The position numbers and the translations under genes are program-made. Under the pieces are notes generated by a model. It saw nothing but the letters and a program-made list of their open reading frames with translations, made no database searches and was not told where the DNA came from. Below are positions 8,672-18,217 of a DNA stretch of 64,000 bases, piece by piece; the first letter of the stretch is position 1; each line of letters begins with the position of its first letter. This DNA comes from an uncultured virus (IMG/VR IMGVR_UViG_3300023184_000084) (lineage: Duplodnaviria > Heunggongvirae > Uroviricota > Caudoviricetes), in the IMG/VR virus record IMGVR_UViG_3300023184_000084; one strand, written 5' to 3'.

Positions 8672-8968
8672 TTAACTTGCTGTAATGGCGAATACAATGG
8701 CGGAAATTTCTCCATCACGGGATTCAATAGTGGTAAATCCTGGTTTGCAGGTTAAATCTAAACCTCTAGGGGCTACATAGCCACGAGATATAGCAATTGC
8801 TTTAACTGCTTGATTTACTGCTCCCGCACCTACGGCACGTAATTTTACTTCGTGTTTTTCGTAAATAACATGAGCAATTGCTGATGCCACACTTTGAGGA
8901 TTTGAACTTGCACTAACTCTTAAAAACGGTTCGTCAGTAGAAATAGGAATTTCAGGTGAAGTTGTCAT
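8672..8968 (-). CDS. spoVS: SpoVS-family (Alba-like fold) protein
   Basis: LRVSxxSNPxSVAxAIA...AVGAGAVNQAVKAIAIxRG...PxF signature. Confidence 0.9.
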   Translation of the reverse strand: MTTSPEIPISTDEPFLRVSASSNPQSVASAIAHVIYEKHEVKLRAVGAGAVNQAVKAIAISRGYVAPRGLDLTCKPGFTTIESRDGEISAIVFAITAS

Positions 8969-9023
8969 GTCTAGTAGTCCTTTGAGTCGAATTTATGTAC
9001 CGCTCCTAGAATATAGGGTAAGG

Positions 9024-9611
9024 CTAAAGTCTTGGGGCGTCTCTGTATTTAGGATCTTTCATTTGTTCGGCAACTGCCTTCTCGACCTCATTATAGAAGT
9101 TTTTTCCTAAGAGCCTTGCAAGAGCGTAAGAATCTGCGGCATTGTCATCATTAAATTCTATGCCCCATCTCTTGTATATTTGTAGCAACATCTCTTGTTT
9201 TTTTGCATTACCTTTTCCTGCAGCAAACTTTTTTAAAGTCATAGGTGGAACTTTTAAGGGAAATTTTCGAGGATCATCCTCTTCAAAATAATCAAAAATA
9301 GTTAGTCTAACGGTGGCTGACAACTCTCCCAATACGAGGGCTGCATGACTAGCAAGAACGGTGCCCTCCATTGCTATGTCTAAAATTGTATTATTATTTT
9401 CTTCAAGATAATCTAGATGATCTACTAACCATTGTCTAATATCAGCAAGTCTTTCAATTCCAAAATAAGGTGATTTATAAACCCATGTAATATATTTTGT
9501 TGGATCTTCAAATTGAAGTGCAGTTAATGCAAAGCCAGTAAGTGATTGATCTATTCCTATTGTTACGTTACAGTCTTTAGGTAAATTACCATCAATCGCT
9601 TTGGTTGGCAC
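9024..9611 (-). CDS. ruvC: RuvC-like Holliday junction resolvase
   Basis: IGIDQSLTG, AMEG, LKKFAAGKGNAKK, DNAADS. Confidence 0.85.
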   Translation of the reverse strand: MPTKAIDGNLPKDCNVTIGIDQSLTGFALTALQFEDPTKYITWVYKSPYFGIERLADIRQWLVDHLDYLEENNNTILDIAMEGTVLASHAALVLGELSATVRLTIFDYFEEDDPRKFPLKVPPMTLKKFAAGKGNAKKQEMLLQIYKRWGIEFNDDNAADSYALARLLGKNFYNEVEKAVAEQMKDPKYRDAPRL

Positions 9612-9888
9612 GGCGTTCTCTTTCATCTATGACCATTTGCACAGTCCCTAGATAACCCGCCCCATCAACTAGGTTGTCTCTCTTTTGTTGGTGCACTTCA
9701 CGACAAATTTTTACCCATGCCATTGCTAATCCAACCTGTTCTTCAGTTACTTTAGTATTAAAAATAACTTCCCAACCTTTAGCAATACGATTAAAATTGT
9801 CTAACGGATGATCGTAAGACTTGTTACGATCACCCGTTATCAAACGCTGTGCTTCTTCAAGCACCGTCTCGTTATGGAACTCTGACAT
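9592..9888 (-). CDS. DUF6378-like all-alpha (nucleotide diphosphohydrolase-related) protein
   Basis: GDRxxxYxHP..NF.RIA..W...KI.R...DNLVDGAGY. Confidence 0.75.
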   Translation of the reverse strand: MSEFHNETVLEEAQRLITGDRNKSYDHPLDNFNRIAKGWEVIFNTKVTEEQVGLAMAWVKICREVHQQKRDNLVDGAGYLGTVQMVIDERERRANQSD

Positions 9889-10765
9889 ACCGCCCAGTCA
9901 CAAATTCATTCTTTGCCTCTGTGGTTGTAGCCATGATTGCATTAAAGGTCTCATCAAAGGTTGCTTTTTTATTTAACAACCACCAACCTGCTAATGCTGC
10001 TGCAGAGTTAGATGTACCAACAACAAACTTAGTAGATCCATCTGTAAGTTTTGTGTAGTAACGAGCATTCAAATAGAAATCTACTTGACCCTGTGCGCCA
10101 TTACTGTATCGAGCAATGTATGGAGCAGCCGCTGCATCATAAGCATATGGTTCAGATCCTGACCATGGATTATCAGTTGCACCAACTGCCACAGTATCTG
10201 GCAAGCATGCTGGTGAGAATACGGCTCCTCTATTTGAGTCATTACCAACTGCGGCAATAACAGGAACATTTACTGCCTTTAATGTTGCAATAGATGCGCT
10301 CATTCCAGCAGGAACTCTGCAGTTACCCATCACAGCACCCTGTGCAAGTAATACTACTGAAATGTTGTACTTTGCTCTGTTTGTAATAATCCAATCTAAA
10401 GCATTCTGCACATCATTTAAGTTATACAGACCAGCAACTCCTGCTGGAGTCATTCCAACAATTCTTATTGGAATAATCTTTGCCGATGGATTTACAGCCG
10501 TGACAATAGACGCCATCTGTGTTCCGTGATTTAACATCTTGTCATTTGTAGGAGCAAGGTTCGCAGCCCCTGGACCTTCCATAATGCTCTGTTGATTTGG
10601 GCATCTAGGAAGATTGATTAGACAGACTTCATATGCAATTTTATTTGCAAATAAAGAAGTAGCAACACCGCTATCAATTATTGCGATTGTTGGTTCGCTG
10701 TTTGCTTTTGCAGGTGATATAAGTCCAGTTATTAAAACTAGAACAAGCATCATTATTTTTTTCAT
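9872..10765 (-). CDS. Secreted S8 subtilisin-like serine protease
   Basis: Signal peptide MKKIMMLVLV..AKA; IIDSG, HGT, AAVGND, GTS catalytic motifs. Confidence 0.9.
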   Translation of the reverse strand: MKKIMMLVLVLITGLISPAKANSEPTIAIIDSGVATSLFANKIAYEVCLINLPRCPNQQSIMEGPGAANLAPTNDKMLNHGTQMASIVTAVNPSAKIIPIRIVGMTPAGVAGLYNLNDVQNALDWIITNRAKYNISVVLLAQGAVMGNCRVPAGMSASIATLKAVNVPVIAAVGNDSNRGAVFSPACLPDTVAVGATDNPWSGSEPYAYDAAAAPYIARYSNGAQGQVDFYLNARYYTKLTDGSTKFVVGTSNSAAALAGWWLLNKKATFDETFNAIMATTTEAKNEFVTGRYVRVP

Positions 10766-11226
10766 GTTATGAATGTATCCCTCCGTCCCATTCGGGACTC
10801 GTTTGTTCTCCGTGTTATTTCCCTCGAAACTAAAGTGATATCCCGTTCTTGATTTGAGAGCATCATCTCTAAGATCTTGCGATAAGCATACCGTTCCTCA
10901 TAGGTATCTCCTAATTGGATAATCTCTGGATCGGTAGCAATCTGAGCCTTGGCTAAACTTACGGTTGAGCCTTTTGAGGCTGCTCCCATCTTGAGTATGA
11001 GCAGTTTGTTCTCAGCCATGTCTAAGGCTCTCTGAGCCTCACGCTCACTAAGTTGAGCCTGAACTAACTGCGAAGCAAAGTAATCGGCCCAACCAGTAAG
11101 AGTAGTAAACATTATTGCTAAATCTTCACTACTCAACTCTGTAATGTCAGGTGGTAATACTGCTTGTTCGTACTGTGGCTTTGGTAGGGCAAGACCCCTC
11201 TTCATTAAGACTTCTATCTCACTCAT
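10762..11226 (-). CDS. hypothetical coiled-coil protein
   Basis: 154 aa helical; within recombination module. Confidence 0.7.
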   Translation of the reverse strand: MSEIEVLMKRGLALPKPQYEQAVLPPDITELSSEDLAIMFTTLTGWADYFASQLVQAQLSEREAQRALDMAENKLLILKMGAASKGSTVSLAKAQIATDPEIIQLGDTYEERYAYRKILEMMLSNQERDITLVSREITRRTNESRMGRRDTFIT

Positions 11227-12068
11227 TATTTTCCAATCAAAGAGCAGTACTTACAGCCAACAGGATCGACATTACAGGCAGGTGAAACACCTGCATCAAC
11301 TGCATCTATAACTTTCTGTGCGGCATTAAAGATTCTTTCTACTACGTAGTAGTCAGATTTAATTGTGAACTCTTTATAATCTTGGTCTGCTTTTAATTCA
11401 TAAATAAAGACAATTTCATTGGGAGCATCATCGCCAAATTGTCTTTTGGCTAACTCTAAGTACATCTGTCCTTGAAGTAAGTGAGTTCTAAATGGACGGC
11501 GAATGTTTTTCCAAGCCTTTGTTAAGTCACCGTCTGCATCATAGAGTAACTCTGGCGCTTCAAACCTAAGTGTTCCTGCCCCAATAGATTTGATTTCAAT
11601 TAAACAATCATCTCCAATACCTTTGACCCAACCATCTGCATGACCATAAATACGAAGGGGTTCATAAACTAAAGGAACCTCTTTGTACTCAAAGACTGAT
11701 GGGCCATTATTTACCTCAGAACTAACTCCCCACTCAGATCTATCATCTGTTTCACAGTACCAGTTTCCATACAAGACACCCATATCTGCTAATCGATTTT
11801 GCCATTTAGCATGGATGAAATGTCCTTCATCAAATATATTTTGAAGGCGAAGATTAGGTTTTTCTTTCTTGGCCTTACCACCATTTAATAGATAATAAGC
11901 ATACTTGTGACACCAGTCGGCTTTAATAATTTCAGAAGGATGAAGTACGTCCGTCCTTCTATCTGACTCTGGCTGTCTCATTAGGTGACGTTCTATGTCT
12001 CCTATTAATCTAGTATCAGCCTTTTTAGTATCAAGGAACTTCTGTAAGTCTGTCTTAGGTGTTGCCAT
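11226..12068 (-). CDS. Cas4-like PD-(D/E)xK exonuclease
   Basis: HPSE..C, GHFIH, GHADG, IEIKS, QxxxY, terminal CxxC. Confidence 0.8.
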   Translation of the reverse strand: MATPKTDLQKFLDTKKADTRLIGDIERHLMRQPESDRRTDVLHPSEIIKADWCHKYAYYLLNGGKAKKEKPNLRLQNIFDEGHFIHAKWQNRLADMGVLYGNWYCETDDRSEWGVSSEVNNGPSVFEYKEVPLVYEPLRIYGHADGWVKGIGDDCLIEIKSIGAGTLRFEAPELLYDADGDLTKAWKNIRRPFRTHLLQGQMYLELAKRQFGDDAPNEIVFIYELKADQDYKEFTIKSDYYVVERIFNAAQKVIDAVDAGVSPACNVDPVGCKYCSLIGK

Positions 12069-12391
12069 TAGTATTCCTTGTCTGTACTGAAAATAAATTC
12101 TCTTAGGGACATTTTCTTTTTGTATTTCTTTTGCCACTTTCTCATTAAAGCATTACGTTCTCTGTGGCTTAACCCACCCCAGATTCCGTGTGGCTCATCT
12201 CTTTTAACGGCATCCCACAAACATTGGGCACGTACTGGACAATGGTTTTTTCCTGTCTCACCAAAACAAAATGCTTTGGCCTGATCAGCAATGTCCTTGT
12301 ACTGCTCTTTATCACGAGGAGGGTAGAAGATGTCGGTGTCTTGTCCCGAACATCTTGCTTCGTATCTCCAGGCATACTCTGGTTCATCCAT
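12068..12391 (-). CDS. whiB: WhiB-family Fe-S transcription factor
   Basis: A.C...FYP...AK..C...CPVR.QCL..A...GIWGG...ER. Confidence 0.95.
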   Translation of the reverse strand: MDEPEYAWRYEARCSGQDTDIFYPPRDKEQYKDIADQAKAFCFGETGKNHCPVRAQCLWDAVKRDEPHGIWGGLSHRERNALMRKWQKKYKKKMSLREFIFSTDKEY

Positions 12392-12394
12392 GTG

Positions 12395-12712
12395 TTAGGC
12401 ATCCTTGACTTTCTCTAGCATTTCTATGAAGTCGTCTTCAAGGAGAACCACGTAATTCTCCCCATCTAAATGGATACCAAGTACTGGCATTCTTCCATCT
12501 AAAATTGCCTCTCTTACTATTTTTTTTAAGACCGTAGACTTTATCGTAGTCTGTTTTTTACCAGTCCACTTATGTTCAATCAGCAGGTCGGCTGATCTTA
12601 CATCGCCTTTACGTGACCAAAACGCACCAGAAGCAGCATTACGAGAACCGTTAACTTTTTTAGCGAGTCTCTTCTCATGCTTCTGAGATTGTTTTTGTCC
12701 TTCAGTCTTCAA
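12395..12712 (-). CDS. Hjc-type PD-(D/E)xK resolvase/endonuclease
   Basis: E..LAK....SGA...KGDV...LIEHK. Confidence 0.75.
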   Translation of the reverse strand: MKTEGQKQSQKHEKRLAKKVNGSRNAASGAFWSRKGDVRSADLLIEHKWTGKKQTTIKSTVLKKIVREAILDGRMPVLGIHLDGENYVVLLEDDFIEMLEKVKDA

Positions 12713-12950
12713 GTTCTATTTTGCCACTCTCGTAGCCCTCCAGCAAACGAGGAACAATATAAAACATTGTTTCACGCCAAAAACAAGGAGAACAACCACA
12801 AAATGGTTCTCCTGAAAGCGTTTCTAAAATTTCATCTTCGTCACCTTCCCACACGGCTTCAAAAAGCATGTCTGTATAAGTTTCTACACCTTTTTCTAAA
12901 TCATGCGCCCATGCTTCATCGTTTACTATAAATTTTTTACTTTCAATCAT
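12702..12950 (-). CDS. hypothetical acidic protein
   Basis: Start MIESKK; FCGCSPC. Confidence 0.65.
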   Translation of the reverse strand: MIESKKFIVNDEAWAHDLEKGVETYTDMLFEAVWEGDEDEILETLSGEPFCGCSPCFWRETMFYIVPRLLEGYESGKIELED

Positions 12951-13992
12951 TGTCAGAACCTCCAGCCATCGGTACATCGGAGGAACTAAGTACAACCTTT
13001 TGTAGTTCTTCCTTGAGATCAATTTCGCCACGGATACTATCAATGACTGGTTCAATTCCCTGCCACTTTCTTTCTCCATAGTAATACCACCCACCTTTAC
13101 GATCTATTATTCCTTTTACAACTGCTAGTGCTGCAATTTCTTTTGCAAAATCGTATTCTCCTGGCAAACAATGGCCTCCATCTGCAAAATAAAAATCAAA
13201 ATAAGCAATTCTTTGTGGAGGTGCTGTTTTATTTTTTAATGTTCTAACTTTAATTCTTTGTCCAATACGAACCTTATTACCGCTAGGTCCAACCTCAATC
13301 CATTCGTCTCTGCGGATCTCACATCTTGTAAAGAAGGCGTAATTTTTTCCTTCTCCTCCTGGAGTTGTTCTTGGGTCGCCATGCATTACGCCAATCTTCA
13401 TTCGATATTGGTTAATTATTAATCCTAAAACAGGACGTTCATCTTCTACAAGACTTCTTTTAATTGCAGAACCAACAACTCGAAAAAACTTATTGGTAAG
13501 TAATGCACCTCTACCAACAGTCATTTCATTCATATCTTTTTCCATTTCAGGAGCAGGAGATAGAGCAGGCAAAGAATCAATAACAATTGCATCTACTGAT
13601 TTTGATTCAGCAAATTCAATTACAGCCTGATACGCCTCTTCCATAATATTTGTTTCAATAACAATTACCCTAGAAGTGTCTACCCCACACATTTCTGCAT
13701 AGTCAGGGACCCATTGTTCTGCGGCTACCCACACTGTTGTGTGTTCTGGGTTTAACTTTTGATTTGCTGCAATAGTTTTTAAAGCAACTGCAGTTTTTCC
13801 GTGAGAAGGTTCTCCTATTAATTCATTCCATTGATTTCCAGGAAATCCCCCTCCAAGAACATAGTCTAAGGTAGTTGAACCAGACGTAATTCTAGGAACC
13901 AAATCACTACGAATATCGGAAGCAATTACTACAACATTATTACCAAACTTTTTATTTAATTGAGCAACAATCTTTTTGGCTTCGTCATTCAT
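12943..13992 (-). CDS. recA: RecA/UvsX recombinase
   Basis: GEPSHGKT, IVIDSL, INQYR.KIGV..GDP.TTPGG, KNKTAPP. Confidence 0.95.
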   Translation of the reverse strand: MNDEAKKIVAQLNKKFGNNVVVIASDIRSDLVPRITSGSTTLDYVLGGGFPGNQWNELIGEPSHGKTAVALKTIAANQKLNPEHTTVWVAAEQWVPDYAEMCGVDTSRVIVIETNIMEEAYQAVIEFAESKSVDAIVIDSLPALSPAPEMEKDMNEMTVGRGALLTNKFFRVVGSAIKRSLVEDERPVLGLIINQYRMKIGVMHGDPRTTPGGEGKNYAFFTRCEIRRDEWIEVGPSGNKVRIGQRIKVRTLKNKTAPPQRIAYFDFYFADGGHCLPGEYDFAKEIAALAVVKGIIDRKGGWYYYGERKWQGIEPVIDSIRGEIDLKEELQKVVLSSSDVPMAGGSDND

Positions 13993-14366
13993 TACTCTAT
14001 TCTCCCAATGATTCCTTGTGGATTCCAATTACTTTGCGTGTCATTACCTATAGAAGATTTTATATTTCCTTCTACTTTTGCACCAGTTAGTGAGCCAAAT
14101 TTACTTCCTGATTGTTGTAAAGGATAACCACAGTCATAGCATCTTGGAGCAGCGTTTTGAACAGCCATATAATTATTACTATTGCAGTCAGGACATAACT
14201 GAGTTTGACCTGTGCTTCCAATACGAATGCTTGGTTGTTGAGGTTGTGGTGGAACATAAGGTGTCATAGGTTGTTGTGATGGTGGCATTGGAATATCTGC
14301 AGGGCGTGCAACTGGTGCTGCAGGTTGCACACCTAATTGTTTAGACCACCAGTCTGCATTACTCAT
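13992..14366 (-). CDS. Pro-rich zinc-ribbon protein
   Basis: CPDC...CYDCG. Confidence 0.75.
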   Translation of the reverse strand: MSNADWWSKQLGVQPAAPVARPADIPMPPSQQPMTPYVPPQPQQPSIRIGSTGQTQLCPDCNSNNYMAVQNAAPRCYDCGYPLQQSGSKFGSLTGAKVEGNIKSSIGNDTQSNWNPQGIIGRIE

Positions 14367-14493
14367 GGTGAATTCCTAAACGTTCTACATGAGTCCATTG
14401 TTTTTCACAACGTGTACAAAGAACAGTGAACTCTTCTGATGTCCAAGAAATGCTGTACATCTTGTGACCAAACAACTTGCAAAGAAATTTCAT
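14359..14493 (-). CDS. 44-aa DUF1660-like protein (not in ORF track)
   Basis: MKFLCKLFGHK...CTRC; ATGA overlap with polA stop. Confidence 0.65.
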   Translation of the reverse strand: MKFLCKLFGHKMYSISWTSEEFTVLCTRCEKQWTHVERLGIHHE

Positions 14494-16490
14494 TTTGCTT
14501 CTCCCCATTTATCTACTATTTTTACATCGGCAATTAATGGAACAATAATTGCTGGGATGTGTACGCCTTCCATTGATTCTCTAACTGCTTCGGCAACCGA
14601 TTCTGCTAGATCTTCACGAGCAACTGTAACAAGTTCATCATGCACAGTCAAAATTACATTGGCATCAGGTTCTGTTACTAAACAAGAGTGGGCTCTAATA
14701 ATTGCTAACTTCATTAAATCTGCTGCAGATCCTTGAATTACTGTGTTAAAGGCTTGTCTTTCAGCCCTTGCTCTTAAACCTATCTCTTTACTTTTTAAAT
14801 CTGGCAAGTATCTTCTGCGTCCGTATACAGTAGGAACATACGGAACTGGACTTTTTGCCAAGGCTTGTCTAATAATTCGGGCTTTATATTTTGAAATATC
14901 GTTAAATTTTTCTGTAAATCTATTTAATAAACTTTTTGCATCAGTAACTGTACAGCCAATACTTGCTGCAATTTTGTCTGGGCCAACACCATAAGCAATA
15001 GAAAGAACAAGAATCTTTCCTGCTTTACGATCTACCCCCATTGTGTTGCCAATAGTTGTGTATATGTCTTCTCCATCTAAATAATTTTTTACCATAATTG
15101 GATCTTTAGAAAACGAAGCAATGATTCTAGGTTCAATTTGAGAGTAATCAGCAACTATTAATTTGTACCCAGGAGGTGCGACAAATAGATTCCTAATTAA
15201 CTTTCCATACTCTCCTGAACTAGGTATGTTTTGTAAGTTAGGATCGCTGCTGGAAAATCTACCAGTTTCTGCTCCGTGGGCTTTAAAGTTGGTGTGAACT
15301 CTGCCATTAATTAATAGACTCTTTTTATCAAAAACTTTTTCTTTACCCATTGTAGTTCTTGTAACTTCACCACCTAAATATGGCATAACATAAGTTGTCA
15401 TTAATTTATTTAAATCTTGATACTCAAGAATTGCATCCACCAACTCATCTTTAGACCTATAAAATTCAAGAGCATCCGAGGAAACAGAGTAGTGATAAAT
15501 AGTTAAATTACTTTCATCAGTTGCTGCAACGGCTTGTCCTCTTGCGGTAAGGGCTACTCTTACACGTAAGTTTGGTTTAATTCCACGACCTTCTGGTTTA
15601 GGAGAAAATAACAATTCTTGTTTTTCTTTTACTGAATTCATGGCAAAAGGTTTTCCAGTTAATTTCCAAGCCTTAGCCTTTGCTAAGTCGATATCTTTTT
15701 CAAGACTTGCTTTTAAAGAAGTAAGTTCTTCGACATCAATTGTTGCACCAGTTAGTTCCATATCACACAACGCTGGAATTAATCCCATTTCTAAATCCCA
15801 TACATCTTTTAATCCATTTTGTAATTTTGGAAAAAAAGTTTTATATAAATTCCAAGTTACTTCTGCATCTATTCCTGCGTACTTAGCCACAACAGAAAAA
15901 GCGTGAACCTCAACTTCTGCTCCTACACCCTTTTCTACTTTTAAACTTAACTCTCTTTCGGCACAAGCAGCAAGGTTTAAGGCTGTTCTGTTTCGATTGT
16001 CAATAATAAATGCTGCCATTAAAGTATCAAAAAATGGTTTTGAAGGAACTACTCCACGATAATATTTAGCAATTGATTTTAAATCAAACTTAATGTTATG
16101 TCCTATTTTTAATTTGTCACTAAAAAACAATGGTTTTAATGCTTGAAATACTTCTCCAGGTAGTAACTGTTCTGGTGGTAAATCAAATACTGGTTTCCAT
16201 TTTGCTTGATTTTTAGAATAATCGGCATCTGTTAGAGGTTTACCAGCAACTGCCTTGCGTTGACCACTTAACAAAAGTTCTTTATCCCAACGTAAAAATT
16301 CCCCGTTAGGATGACCCATAGGAATTACGTCTGTTCTTCCTTCTGTTGCTAAAGAAATCCACAATACGTCGTTTACCACAGGTTGAATTCTGTTTTCTCC
16401 AACTGTTTCTACATCAAATGCAAATGCATTTACTGATGAGTAATACTCGACCAGATCTCTTAGTTGTTCTTTAGTTGTAATAATGTTCAT
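14490..16490 (-). CDS. polA: Family A DNA polymerase with 3'-5' exonuclease
   Basis: FDVET, HNIKFD, TGRFSS..PNLQNIP, DYSQIE, QGSAAD, VHDE. Confidence 0.97.
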   Translation of the reverse strand: MNIITTKEQLRDLVEYYSSVNAFAFDVETVGENRIQPVVNDVLWISLATEGRTDVIPMGHPNGEFLRWDKELLLSGQRKAVAGKPLTDADYSKNQAKWKPVFDLPPEQLLPGEVFQALKPLFFSDKLKIGHNIKFDLKSIAKYYRGVVPSKPFFDTLMAAFIIDNRNRTALNLAACAERELSLKVEKGVGAEVEVHAFSVVAKYAGIDAEVTWNLYKTFFPKLQNGLKDVWDLEMGLIPALCDMELTGATIDVEELTSLKASLEKDIDLAKAKAWKLTGKPFAMNSVKEKQELLFSPKPEGRGIKPNLRVRVALTARGQAVAATDESNLTIYHYSVSSDALEFYRSKDELVDAILEYQDLNKLMTTYVMPYLGGEVTRTTMGKEKVFDKKSLLINGRVHTNFKAHGAETGRFSSSDPNLQNIPSSGEYGKLIRNLFVAPPGYKLIVADYSQIEPRIIASFSKDPIMVKNYLDGEDIYTTIGNTMGVDRKAGKILVLSIAYGVGPDKIAASIGCTVTDAKSLLNRFTEKFNDISKYKARIIRQALAKSPVPYVPTVYGRRRYLPDLKSKEIGLRARAERQAFNTVIQGSAADLMKLAIIRAHSCLVTEPDANVILTVHDELVTVAREDLAESVAEAVRESMEGVHIPAIIVPLIADVKIVDKWGEAK

Positions 16491-16514
16491 TATTTTCCCT
16501 CACTAATAAGTTAA

Positions 16515-16554
16515 GTGGTGGAGCCTGAAAACGGAAATAAACAGGCTCCGCCAC
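16515..16554 (-). terminator. 13-bp stem-loop between ssb and polA
   Basis: GTGGTGGAGCCTG / CAGGCTCCGCCAC, 14-nt loop; weak U-tract. Confidence 0.5.
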
Positions 16555-16567
16555 ATTGGAATCTTGG

Positions 16568-17227
16568 TTAAACCAAGGAACGAGCAATCTTAAGCATTTC
16601 GGAGCGAGGGGTCTCTCGAATTACTTCGGCTGTATACGGAACAGCCCGTGCTACTAGTTCTTGAACCTCATCGAGGTTCAACTTCCATTCCTCCGCTAGG
16701 TCACGACCACGAACAAACTCCATAGTGTAGTTTGTTGTAGGCCCTGTACCCATCCGAGAAATTTCCCAGAACTCTTTTGACAGAGGTCCTTTGCGCTCAT
16801 CTTCATGAGACTTTTTAATTAGTCTTGCAAGTGTTGGAGGTGCTGTAAGAATCTGCACACCCTGTGCTTCGCCAGTTAGTACAAGCACATTAAATGCAAA
16901 ACGTGAACGTGGTTTACTTCCAAGGATGTCAGTAAACGGATCATTTTCTGCTAAAGCAACAAAAGATTTTTTGCCTGTTGGCCGTTCAATCCAATGCTGC
17001 TCGTAAACACGGAAGGGTCCATCCTCTAAGAATTTAATTAATTGTGGTTGTTCAGAAAAACGAAACTCTGTTGGAAACTCTGAGGAATTCTCAGTTAAGA
17101 GAGCCTCTGCTGCTTCCCAACCTTGTTGAACTGTAGTACCAATCTTTGGTTCTGCAGTTTCGCTGTCTTCATCTAAATAATTTGCAGGATTTTCTGCAAC
17201 ATCATTTGTTGGTTTGGTTATTGGCAT
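16568..17227 (-). CDS. single-stranded DNA-binding protein
   Basis: IKFL..GPF..Y.QHW...FAFNV OB-type pattern; next to polA. Confidence 0.65.
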   Translation of the reverse strand: MPITKPTNDVAENPANYLDEDSETAEPKIGTTVQQGWEAAEALLTENSSEFPTEFRFSEQPQLIKFLEDGPFRVYEQHWIERPTGKKSFVALAENDPFTDILGSKPRSRFAFNVLVLTGEAQGVQILTAPPTLARLIKKSHEDERKGPLSKEFWEISRMGTGPTTNYTMEFVRGRDLAEEWKLNLDEVQELVARAVPYTAEVIRETPRSEMLKIARSLV

Positions 17228-17287
17228 TTGTTTCTTCTTTCGGTAATGAGGCACGGAGGATGTTGTATCACTGTACAAACTTAATCA

Positions 17288-17764
17288 CTACTGGCTCTCT
17301 AGGTTTGTGATTTCCTTCCAACGACTTATTAAAGCCTCTGTTAGGTCATCTTGGTTAGACCACTCTACACGAGCAGACCCTAGTAATCCACGTTTTGAAA
17401 ACTCTTCAATAGCGGACTCAATTAATGGTCTGGTGTACACCCTATTTCCTCCAATTTTTTCTCCCTTTAGAGTTTTAGACCGAAGTCTATAAGGTGCTCT
17501 AGGTATGTAGCCTTTTCTTTCCCACAAGCGGACAGTAACAATTGTTTTTTCTAACGCTAGTGCTAATGCACTAATAGTAAAAACCTCTGTTTCTTTTCCA
17601 CTTAATGTTTTAATGATCGGATTTGCATCCCAACCATTACTCTCCCCGTTTTTACGGCGAGAAACTTTTGGATCTTCTTCACGGCGTTTTCTTTTAGAAC
17701 CTGGAATGTATTCCAAATCAGCAAACGCTTCTAAAATCTCATCGTCTCCACGTAATCCAGCCAT
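17288..17764 (-). CDS. MerR-like HTH DNA-binding protein
   Basis: FTIS.LA.AL.K...TVR.WE..G.IP...R.YT. Confidence 0.75.
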   Translation of the reverse strand: MAGLRGDDEILEAFADLEYIPGSKRKRREEDPKVSRRKNGESNGWDANPIIKTLSGKETEVFTISALALALEKTIVTVRLWERKGYIPRAPYRLRSKTLKGEKIGGNRVYTRPLIESAIEEFSKRGLLGSARVEWSNQDDLTEALISRWKEITNLESQ

Positions 17765-17766
17765 AA

Positions 17767-18207
17767 TTATCTCTTATTTAAAATTAAAGCCCATACAATT
17801 TTTTGTGGATACATTAAGTCAACCTCTTCTTCAGTTAACTTTCCCTCATACAATGCGGCCATTAAAGCATCCTCATCAATAATCTGAATAGTTTTATACA
17901 ACTCAGTTTCAAGACCTTTAGACACAATTAAATTATCAGCCATTTGTGGATCAATTTTACGAGACACTCTTCTTTGTTTTTGTAACATGGTTACACCGTC
18001 TATTTCATTTGGAAGTTCTACAAAAATATTTCCATTGCCATCGACTTCACCTTTGGTGTCTACAACTTCAAATATTTTTTCTTTGAGCAGTTTTAATTCT
18101 GACTCAAAATACTCAACTTGTTTTTTAAAAAATATATATTGTTTAGCCTGTGCTTCAAGGTCATCTATTGCAGCCACTCTAGGTTCTTCTTCTTTTATTC
18201 TTGCCAT
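17767..18207 (-). CDS. hypothetical protein
   Basis: 146 aa; GAGGGG RBS. Confidence 0.75.
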   Translation of the reverse strand: MARIKEEEPRVAAIDDLEAQAKQYIFFKKQVEYFESELKLLKEKIFEVVDTKGEVDGNGNIFVELPNEIDGVTMLQKQRRVSRKIDPQMADNLIVSKGLETELYKTIQIIDEDALMAALYEGKLTEEEVDLMYPQKIVWALILNKR

Positions 18208-18217
18208 GTTAACCCCC

